Origin: Bryobacterales bacterium
GTDB taxonomy: Bacteria; Acidobacteriota; Terriglobia; Bryobacterales; UBA6623
NCBI GenBank assembly: GCA_965248205.1
Contig: CBDFIS010000006.1
Coordinates: 6,224,662-6,288,661, forward strand
Length of the DNA stretch: 64,000 nt
Direction: 5' to 3'
Shown piece by piece: positions 57,010-64,000 of the stretch. The notes under the pieces are model-generated. The model had not been told where the DNA came from. It searched no databases and saw nothing but the letters and a program-made list of their open reading frames with translations. Within the stretch, counting starts at the first letter, position 1; every line of letters starts with the position of its first letter. A program made the translations under genes and the position numbers.

Positions 57010-59616
57010 CTACACACTCGGTCGGAACGATCGCAGGCGCAAACTGTTTGTCACCACGGAAACGCTCGAAAAAGCCATCGCCGCGGAAGCCAGGATCGGT
57101 GACAGCAGCCACCCTGTCCAAGGATAGAGAACCCCGGCGGCGATAGGGATGCCGATGACGTTGTAGGCAAACGCCCAAAACAGGTTCTGTTTAATCGTAG
57201 CCACAGCCTTGCGGGAGATCTCGATCGCGGCGGCGACGCCTCGCAACTCGTTGCCCACCAGGACAATGTCCGCGGTTTCAATCGCCACATCGGTTCCCGC
57301 GCCAATCGCAATGCCGAGGTCGGCTTGGGCCAATGCGGGCGCATCGTTGATGCCGTCGCCGACCATGGCCACGAGCCGGCTTTGAGACTGCAGTTTCTCC
57401 ACCTCTTGTGCCTTGCGGTCCGGCAGGACTTCGGCCAGCACGTCGTCGATGCCGACTTGAAACGCTACCGCCTCAGCCGTCTGGCGATAGTCGCCGCTCA
57501 TCATCGCCACTTTCAGACCAGTTTGTTTGAGTTTGAGGATCGTTTCCCTGGCCCCCGGTTTGGGCGTGTCGGCTACGGCGATTGCTCCTGCTAAAGTGTC
57601 GTCCCGCGCGGCGAGGATGACCGTTTTGCCATCCTCTGCCGCCTGCTGTCCAACCTTCTCAGCGGCTACCGTGTCCACCCCTCGGTGGCGCAAGAACGCG
57701 GCGCTCCCCACCAGCCAGCTCACCCCTTTTAGCCGGGCTTCGACCCCCTGCCCGGGAATCGCTTGAAACGCCTCGGGTTTCTCCGCCTTTAAGCCGCGGT
57801 TCTCGAGCTCCCGAACGATCGCCTCGCCCAGCGGGTGCTCGGACTGACGTTCAATCGAGGCAACCGCGACAAGAACGCCGGCTTCCGAAACGCCGTTCAA
57901 GGGGATGACCTCCGTCACCTTGGGCCGGCCCGTCGTGATGGTTCCCGTCTTGTCGAAAACGATGGTGCCGATCTTGTGGGAAACCTCGAGAGCCGCCCCA
58001 TTTCTAATCAGAATGCCGTTTTCGGCAGCGCGTCCGATGCCCACCATGACCGCAGTCGGAGCGGCCAAGCCCATCGCGCAGGGACAGGCGATGATCAGCA
58101 CGGCTACCGCGTTCAACACGGCCAGCCGCAAACGCTCGTCCGGCGGCGACAGCAAGAACCAGGCAGCGAACGTAATCACTGCAATCCCAATAACGATGGG
58201 AGTGAAGTAGCCGCTGATCACATCAGCCAACCGCGCGATGGGCGCCTTCGACTGCTGCGCTTTTCGGACTAGCTCGACAATCTGGGCCAGGATCGTCTGG
58301 CTACCGACCTTGCGTGCTTCGAACCGAAAGCTGCCGGCCCCGTTTAGTGTTCCGCCGAAGACTTGATCGCCCCCTGCTTTTTCAGTTGGAATACCTTCGC
58401 CCGTCAGCATCGACTCGTTGATACTCGAGCGACCTTCGAGCACAGCGCCGTCCACCGGGATTTTCTCGCCCGGCCGGACGACGACAACGTCTCCGACCCG
58501 AACTTGCTCGATCGGCAGGTCTGCTTCGACGTTATCTCGAACAACGCGGGCGGTTTTTGCCTGCAAACCAACCAAGCTGCGAATAGCAGACGACGTTCGG
58601 CCTCGTGCGCGGGCTTCGAGCATGCGGCCGAGAAGGATCAACGTGATGATAGCCGCCGCCGTCTCAAAGTAGACCGGAGCGGGTCGGCCCGCGGTGCTGG
58701 GCCCCAGAACGAGCCCAGGTGCAATCGTCGCAACCGTTGAGTAGAGAAACGCCGAGCCGGTACCCACGGCGATCAGCGTATTCATGTCGGAAGTCCGGTG
58801 GCGTGCCGCTGCCCAAGCGGCGCGGTAGAACTGGCTGCCTCCGTAGAAGACCACCGGCAGCGTCAATAGCAACTGCACCCAGTTGATGCCCGAGAAGCCA
58901 ATCGACCCGTGAGACATCGCCAGCACCAGCAAGGGCACCGTGAATAGGCTGGAGACAGCGAGTTTTCGCCTCCACCTACGGGACTCGGATTCTTCGTCGC
59001 TTCCGTCCGGAGGGTGGGCGGAAGTCTCCCGGGCTGCGTACCCAGCTTCCTTGACAGCTTGGCGAAGCCGGGCGACGCTCGTCGTGTGGGGATCGAACTC
59101 AACGGCTGCCGTGCCAGTGGCCAGGTTGACCTCAGCACCGGACACGCCGGAAACAGACTTCAGCCGCTTTTCGATGGTGTGAACGCAGCCGGCACACGTC
59201 ATCCCGGTGATCGTGAGTTCAACCTTTTCGGTCGTGGACGCAGTTAGCGCCGCTGCGGCGATGCCGGCAAGGCCCGTGGGCGGTACAGTCTGTGGGGAAT
59301 GGGCAACTAACTGTGGGGAAACAATGTTGGAAGCCGATCCCGATGAATCGCCAGCTGAGGGATCGCGAGCCCCGTTCCCTGAGACGACGGTGTCAACCTC
59401 GTAACCAGCGGCTTTCACCGCCTCTTCGAGGTCCGGCACTTGAACTTTGGCCGGGTCGACCGTGACGTTCGCTCGGCCGGTCACTAGATCAACGTCGACG
59501 TCCTTGACGCCTGGCACGGATGCTAGACGACCCTTCACGGCTCGCACGCAACCGTCGCAAGTCATGCCCTTGACCTTGAGGAAGATCGTTTCGAGACTAG
59601 GCTTGTCCATCGTCAT
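57010..59616 (-). CDS. copA: Copper-translocating P1B-type ATPase with two N-terminal HMA domains
   Basis: 868-aa ORF. It has two GMTCxxC boxes (GMTCDGC, GMTCAGC), TGE, the CPC membrane motif, the DKTGT phosphorylation site, and GDGINDAP. Confidence 0.95.
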   Translation of the reverse strand: MTMDKPSLETIFLKVKGMTCDGCVRAVKGRLASVPGVKDVDVDLVTGRANVTVDPAKVQVPDLEEAVKAAGYEVDTVVSGNGARDPSAGDSSGSASNIVSPQLVAHSPQTVPPTGLAGIAAAALTASTTEKVELTITGMTCAGCVHTIEKRLKSVSGVSGAEVNLATGTAAVEFDPHTTSVARLRQAVKEAGYAARETSAHPPDGSDEESESRRWRRKLAVSSLFTVPLLVLAMSHGSIGFSGINWVQLLLTLPVVFYGGSQFYRAAWAAARHRTSDMNTLIAVGTGSAFLYSTVATIAPGLVLGPSTAGRPAPVYFETAAAIITLILLGRMLEARARGRTSSAIRSLVGLQAKTARVVRDNVEADLPIEQVRVGDVVVVRPGEKIPVDGAVLEGRSSINESMLTGEGIPTEKAGGDQVFGGTLNGAGSFRFEARKVGSQTILAQIVELVRKAQQSKAPIARLADVISGYFTPIVIGIAVITFAAWFLLSPPDERLRLAVLNAVAVLIIACPCAMGLAAPTAVMVGIGRAAENGILIRNGAALEVSHKIGTIVFDKTGTITTGRPKVTEVIPLNGVSEAGVLVAVASIERQSEHPLGEAIVRELENRGLKAEKPEAFQAIPGQGVEARLKGVSWLVGSAAFLRHRGVDTVAAEKVGQQAAEDGKTVILAARDDTLAGAIAVADTPKPGARETILKLKQTGLKVAMMSGDYRQTAEAVAFQVGIDDVLAEVLPDRKAQEVEKLQSQSRLVAMVGDGINDAPALAQADLGIAIGAGTDVAIETADIVLVGNELRGVAAAIEISRKAVATIKQNLFWAFAYNVIGIPIAAGVLYPWTGWLLSPILASAAMAFSSVSVVTNSLRLRSFRPSV

Positions 59617-59623
59617 AGGGGGG

Positions 59624-60121
59624 TCATAGCAAGCTGCGGTGCGATCTCTTTCCTCTGTCCTTCCCTGCCCTGTGGGGCGGATGGAGCGACGCCGGCTTCA
59701 GTGATTCGATGAGCCCGCAGACGATACCCTCTTTTTCGCCTTCCCGCTCCCACGCCTCCAACGTCTTTCGAAGTTCTTTCCGATACCTCTTGAGCTCGGT
59801 TATCCTTTGCTCCAGCTCTTCGAGACGGCCGGCAGCCAAGCGCCGCACCTCCGCGCAAGGTCGCTTGCCGGTCCGTGCTTCGGCGATGATTCGTCCGATT
59901 TCGTCGAGACTGAACCCGACCGCCTGCGCTTTCTTAATGAAAGAGAGTCGCGCAAAGATGGACGGATCGTAGAGCCGGTACCCGGAGGGCGTGCGCGCAA
60001 CCGGCTGGATCAGACCACGGTTCTCGTAAAACCGGAGTGACTCGACGGCCATCCCGGATTGGCGGGCAACCTCTCCAATCCTAAGATGCTCGAGTGACCC
60101 CTCAGGATTCGCTTCTGGCAT
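59624..60121 (-). CDS. MerR-family metal-responsive transcriptional regulator (CueR-like)
   Basis: Start placed at ATG 60121 ([38 protein letters not shown]). The alternative GTG at 60151 lies inside the putative operator. It has a winged HTH plus a coiled-coil dimerisation helix. The stop is 8 nt before the copA start. Confidence 0.85.
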   Translation of the reverse strand: MPEANPEGSLEHLRIGEVARQSGMAVESLRFYENRGLIQPVARTPSGYRLYDPSIFARLSFIKKAQAVGFSLDEIGRIIAEARTGKRPCAEVRRLAAGRLEELEQRITELKRYRKELRKTLEAWEREGEKEGIVCGLIESLKPASLHPPHRAGKDRGKRSHRSLL

Positions 60122-60130
60122 GACACTCTC

Positions 60131-60162
60131 AGTATAATCTTTATAGTCCACTATAGAGTCAA
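60131..60162 (-). promoter_or_regulatory. MerR-type promoter with over-long spacer and dyad operator
   Basis: The minus strand reads TTGACT-CTATAGTGGACTATAAAGAT-TATACT. The spacer is 20 bp (19 if -10 is taken as TTATAC). The dyad CTCTATAGT-GG-ACTATAAAG matches at 8 of 9 arm positions and spans the spacer. The -10 lies 9 nt before ATG 60121. Confidence 0.5.
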
Positions 60163-60306
60163 GACCTAGGCGAAGCCCGGCCCGATTTGTGGGGGCGCGT
60201 GCGTCGATGTGATTGGCTTACGCATGCAAGAACACCATAAGCTCCCGGTCCGTCACATCTTACAAAGGACTAGACTTAGCTAATCGACCTTAGCTAAGAT
60301 AAGGTC

Positions 60307-60549
60307 GTGAAAGTAAACATACATTTAGCCAAGACTCAGCTTTCTAAGCTGATCGAAAGAGCACAGACCGGAGAGGAGGTCATTATCGCCAAAGCGGGCA
60401 AGCCAGTCGTCAAGCTCGTTCCCGTCGAAGAGCGATCGCAGAGGGAATTCGGGAGCGCCGCCGGTCTGATCACCTTCGAGGAAGGCTGGGACGCTCCGAT
60501 GACCGACGGGGAGATTGAACGATTCCTGGGCGATGGACCTTCTGATTGA
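60307..60549 (+). CDS. Phd/YefM-family antitoxin
   Basis: 80-aa ORF with a GTG start. MKVNIHLAKTQLSKLIERAQTGEEVIIAKAGKPVVKLVPV is the typical Phd/YefM N-terminal fold pattern. Confidence 0.85.
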   Translation: MKVNIHLAKTQLSKLIERAQTGEEVIIAKAGKPVVKLVPVEERSQREFGSAAGLITFEEGWDAPMTDGEIERFLGDGPSD

Positions 60550-60922
60550 CACTAGTGTGTTCCTCTGGGCCATTAGTGGCCAGCAGGCGAAACTGTCCCC
60601 GGCAGCTCTGCAGGCCGTGAGAGACGAAGACAACCGGCTACTGCTCAGCGCCGCCAGCCTTTGGGAGATCGCTTTGAAAGTGCGGACTGGAAAACTCAGG
60701 CTTCCGGAGACACGCGAGTTTTTTAAGGAACATCTGAGGAGACTGGGCATCGACCGTGTTCTCGCGGTCGAGGCGGTTCACGTGTTTCGCGTCTTCGAAC
60801 TGCCCGATCATCACCGTGATCCATTTGACCGCTTGCTTGTAGCGCAATGCCAGGTTGAGAACGTGCCACTCGTGACGTCCGATTCCGCGCTCACCAAGTA
60901 TGCGATCGATGTCATTTGGTAG
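60533..60922 (+). CDS. vapC: PIN-domain toxin (VapC family)
   Basis: Start placed at ATG 60533 (MDLLIDTSVFLWA), overlapping the antitoxin stop. Further motifs are SAASLWEIALK, HRDPFDRLLVAQ and LVTSD. Confidence 0.85.
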   Translation: MDLLIDTSVFLWAISGQQAKLSPAALQAVRDEDNRLLLSAASLWEIALKVRTGKLRLPETREFFKEHLRRLGIDRVLAVEAVHVFRVFELPDHHRDPFDRLLVAQCQVENVPLVTSDSALTKYAIDVIW

Positions 60923-61064
60923 CGAAACAGTTTGCTGACCTGATCCCTTGTTTGCCACCGTAGGTTGCGTGACTCGGTCCGCCCCCCCCATGATGGACAG
61001 ACTAGGGCGCGCGTCCCCAGAAGCTCAGATCAGCAGACGATGGTCACAGCGTGAAGCCGGTTAC

Positions 61065-62534
61065 TCAACGATTTTCGATCGCGCGCAGTGCTGCCTTGAC
61101 TTGCGGATCACGGCGTACTTCGACCTCGTCTCCCTTGGCAACTCCCAAGGCGAAATTGAGAATCTCCTGCTTCAGACGCCCGCGAATGAAATCAAGCGAG
61201 GCCGACCAATCCGACAGCCCCGGACTTATCTGGCGTTCCGACAGGAAAAGCTGGAACTCGTCGAGTAGCTGGGGAGACACTTCAAAGTCAATGGTTATGT
61301 CGGGCTCCTTGCTCGAATACTGTTGGGCGAAATCCAGGAAGTAGCCGCTGGCGCCGATTACCATCTCCAAGTGGCTAAGGTTTCGAGGATAGACAATCGT
61401 ATCCGGGCGGATTCCCCCCGCCTCTGCCGGCAGAGGCGAAGCAGTCTCTGATCCTGCACCGCCTTGTTGTGGTTCGTCGCATGGCGTCAGGATGAACAGG
61501 CGGCAATCACCTAAAGGCCGCTGGATCGACCGCCCGTTGGGTGTTAGGTAGACGGCCGTCGTCAGAGCCAGTCCTGCTCCTTCTGAGAGCTCGAAGACGC
61601 TCTGCACCAGACCCTTTCCGAAGGTCCGCTCACCGACGATCGTTGCGCGCTTGTGGTCTTGGAGAGCGCCGGCGACCAACTCCGCGGCACTCGCGGTCCG
61701 CGCGTCAGTCAGAACCGCGATCGGAAACTCGTAGGGCTCAAAGCCGTCGGGAACTCGCACCACTTCGTCCTCGCCCTCGCGACCGCTGATCCATAGAATC
61801 TCTCGTCCGCTCTCAAGAAAGAACGCTGCCGTTTGTAACGCCGCTTCGACCAGGCCGCCGGGATTGCCTCGCAAATCGAGCACCAGCCCCTGTAAAGCGG
61901 CCCCGCCTGCGCTGTCGATGGCTTCCATGAGATCTTTGGCCGTTTCACGCTCGAAATTAGCGAGTTTGATGTAAGCAATCCCCGGTTTCAAGGTGAGCTT
62001 TAGACTGACGCTGGGGTCCGCCACCTCGGCGGGCACAAGTGTCATAGGCAGCAGCCTTGGCAAGGTCGGACGTTTCACCATCAGATGCACTTTGGTCTGC
62101 CGCGACTGACCGAGCAGCGAAGCGAGCTGCGGGATGCTCAAGTGTGCCAGCGGGTGTCCGTTGACGGCGGCGAATTCGTCTCCCGCCGACAGTCCCGATC
62201 GGGCGGACGGACTCCCGGGTAACGTCTGCAAGACAATCACTCGTCCCGGGCTAAGCGCCAACACGCTACCAAAGCCTTTTTCCGTCGAGCGCTGCATTTC
62301 TTTCAGCGATTCAAATTGATCGCGGTCCAGAAAAGCCGAGTGCGGATCGAGCGTGCGCACCATGGAGGGGATTGCGCCCTGATAGAACGCCTGCTCAGGG
62401 TCAATCGCGTCGGCGAGGTTCCGCTCGACAACCCGGTAGACGTCCAGGAATCGTCTCACCTGGAGCTGAAGATCATCTTCCGCCGAGGCGATGATGGGGA
62501 GGCAACAAAGGAGGAAGGCGAGAAAAAGTCGCAT
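61065..62534 (-). CDS. S41-family C-terminal processing (tail-specific) peptidase with PDZ domain
   Basis: 489-aa ORF with a signal peptide. PDZ region: GSPSARSGLSAGDEFAAVNG. Motifs: LDLRGNPGG, the catalytic Ser region TASAAELVAG, and TFGKGLVQ. Confidence 0.9.
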   Translation of the reverse strand: MRLFLAFLLCCLPIIASAEDDLQLQVRRFLDVYRVVERNLADAIDPEQAFYQGAIPSMVRTLDPHSAFLDRDQFESLKEMQRSTEKGFGSVLALSPGRVIVLQTLPGSPSARSGLSAGDEFAAVNGHPLAHLSIPQLASLLGQSRQTKVHLMVKRPTLPRLLPMTLVPAEVADPSVSLKLTLKPGIAYIKLANFERETAKDLMEAIDSAGGAALQGLVLDLRGNPGGLVEAALQTAAFFLESGREILWISGREGEDEVVRVPDGFEPYEFPIAVLTDARTASAAELVAGALQDHKRATIVGERTFGKGLVQSVFELSEGAGLALTTAVYLTPNGRSIQRPLGDCRLFILTPCDEPQQGGAGSETASPLPAEAGGIRPDTIVYPRNLSHLEMVIGASGYFLDFAQQYSSKEPDITIDFEVSPQLLDEFQLFLSERQISPGLSDWSASLDFIRGRLKQEILNFALGVAKGDEVEVRRDPQVKAALRAIENR

Positions 62535-62703
62535 GCGGCCCGCCGTGGGGTGCTATGACTGATTATAGCTTCGGTAATACGCGCTGCTCAGGCATCAATA
62601 GATCTGTCCCGTACACAAGCTCGCCGTGGGTTCGCGTGTCTGGGTCGAAAGCCCGCCACGGCTTTTCGACGCGCAGGAGGGAAGGTGTCCGACAAGCCCA
62701 GCG

Positions 62704-64000
62704 CTAGGGAATCGCTACCCGTTGCAATCTGAGTTTGGAAATCGGTAAGGCGTCGTCGAGAGGCGTCGCCACGGGTAGCTCCAGCGTATTGCTGCGGCGG
62801 CCTTCGACCAACAGTGAGACGGAAAGTGGCTTGGCCGGAAGCTGATCGGGAACGGCCATCCCGAGTGCATAAAGGCCGGGGAAGCCGGCGACCCGACGGA
62901 GCGACAAGGGTTCCACCCGTTCCCGGTTGATCTCCAGCTGAACAGCTCCGGAATCGCCAGCCGAACCGAGCAGGTCGCGTGCACCTAGCCCAGTTGCCAA
63001 TACCAGCAATTCCTCGCCTGGCTGCACTGGGTTGTCCGCCCCAGCCGTGCTGCCATCATTCCTTACCGCGCGAAACAGACCGGGGGATACTGGAGCAATC
63101 CTGATCAGCATCGGCTCGCTGACGACCGACCCTCGCTGGACTCGAAGCTCGGCGACTCCCGGTTCGACCGTGACCGGAATCTGCAGATTGATCTGATCAG
63201 GAGTCACCGCCAGGACCGTCGCTTCCTGACCGTTGACCGTGACGTTGGGCAGAACGGAGGGAACCGGCGTACCCACACCCCCAGCACTCAGATTTGAGCC
63301 GAATAAGGTCGCCAGGACCCCCGGCGACAAGTCCGTTGTCATGGTGGCGCTGTTGACCAGCCCGCCGAATCTGAGCTTGGGCCGTGAGTCGTCGGGGTTA
63401 GGCGGGTCTACTCGGAAGCGCTGGGCCGCCTCGACCAATTGCAGGCCGCTCGTCACGGTGACCAAATACGGGCCGGGTGCCGTCTCAGGGCGAATGGTGA
63501 TCACAACCCGCAGCCGCTCGGGACCCAGGACTTCGAGGTCCCGTGTGACGATGTCGCTGGTGCCGAATCCAACGACAGTTTGGCCCGGTGTGAAGTCCGT
63601 CCCGAGACCGTCGATTTCGACCACGACATCAGAGTCGGCTTCGGCAGAGTCACGCGACAGAACGAGCGAAGGAGGAATACCGTCCGGGTAGGGCAACACG
63701 ACGTTGCCGTCAGGGAGCGTGAGCGCTGAGCTCTGGCCGTCAGGGTTGTACACCGTCACGACAGCTCGGTGCCCCGGCGGTCCCGGGGGCGGCCGGACGC
63801 GGACCCCGCCTCCGAATTCATCAAAATCGACAACCGTTCCCGGCAGTCCGTCAAAGTAAACCAACGCCCTAGGATCGAAGTCCGACCCCCGTACGCTCCA
63901 GACCTCGTCTTCCTGGAAGCGAAAGTCGGGTTCAATCCAGTGGATCACCGGCGCTCGCTGCGAGGTGAGCCGTACTGCGCTGGGCAGAACATAGATGTCG
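62704..64000 (-). CDS. Partial IPT/TIG-repeat plus TIGR03437-type secreted protein (N-terminus beyond window)
   Basis: The frame stays open upstream of the track start 63948 to the window edge (own translation DIYVLPSAVRLTSQRAPVIHWIEPD...). The C-terminal part has LFGSNLS, VTPDQINLQIPV and FPGLYALGMAVP, the TIGR03437-like pattern. Confidence 0.7.
   Translation of the reverse strand, partial: DIYVLPSAVRLTSQRAPVIHWIEPDFRFQEDEVWSVRGSDFDPRALVYFDGLPGTVVDFDEFGGGVRVRPPPGPPGHRAVVTVYNPDGQSSALTLPDGNVVLPYPDGIPPSLVLSRDSAEADSDVVVEIDGLGTDFTPGQTVVGFGTSDIVTRDLEVLGPERLRVVITIRPETAPGPYLVTVTSGLQLVEAAQRFRVDPPNPDDSRPKLRFGGLVNSATMTTDLSPGVLATLFGSNLSAGGVGTPVPSVLPNVTVNGQEATVLAVTPDQINLQIPVTVEPGVAELRVQRGSVVSEPMLIRIAPVSPGLFRAVRNDGSTAGADNPVQPGEELLVLATGLGARDLLGSAGDSGAVQLEINRERVEPLSLRRVAGFPGLYALGMAVPDQLPAKPLSVSLLVEGRRSNTLELPVATPLDDALPISKLRLQRVAIP

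Noticed and set aside
1-64000. CRISPR arrays, rRNA genes, retron/DGR reverse transcriptases, prophage structural genes
   Set aside because: I saw no regularly spaced short direct repeats, no rRNA-like sequence, no reverse-transcriptase (YxDD) ORF and no phage capsid, terminase or tail ORFs while reading either strand.

Overview
High-GC (about 60 % by eye) bacterial chromosomal segment. It is most consistent with Acidobacteriota of the Solibacter/Bryobacter type: four paralogues carry the TIGR03437 (Soli_cterm-type) Ig-like domain, and there are two DUF1501 plus PSCyt/DUF1549/DUF1553 modules. The backbone is ordinary metabolism and envelope biology: a fused E1 alpha-beta plus E2 of a 2-oxoacid dehydrogenase, an Nramp-like permease, hemH, two tandem glnA paralogues, cyclophilin, a minimal tad pilus block (cpaB-cpaF-tadB-tadC), an S41 protease, and amidohydrolase/ADH genes. 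The most system-like feature is a long co-directional lipid cluster at 23.2-38.4 kb: fatty-acyl reductase, a tri-domain carrier-adenylation-acyltransferase protein, plsY, HAD-IB, a LarA-like DUF2088 protein, an SDR epimerase and a DAG-kinase-like lipid kinase. Its domain inventory resembles a split version of the myxobacterial ElbD ether-lipid enzyme. The window also shows heavy recent mobile-element activity. Three identical copies of one IS4-family element are present: two sit inside one large surface-protein/metalloprotease gene, and a third, truncated copy with an intact target duplication sits inside a Rieske gene. There is also a RAYT/IS200-like Y1 transposase bracketed by inverted hairpin (REP-like) pairs, an integrase remnant, an IS1595 remnant next to tRNA-Leu(UAA), and a 345-bp antisense fragment of an unrelated sulfatase-like gene embedded in frame in another TIGR03437 gene. 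Further features are an in-frame TGA splitting tadC, homopolymer frameshifts in dsbA-like and Rieske genes, a ~113-nt intergenic repeat present twice, and a copper module (merR-copA with a MerR-type long-spacer promoter) flanked by two PIN toxin-antitoxin pairs and a Uma2 nuclease. No CRISPR array, rRNA, retron or DGR was seen. All calls rest on my own reading of motifs. No database search was run.
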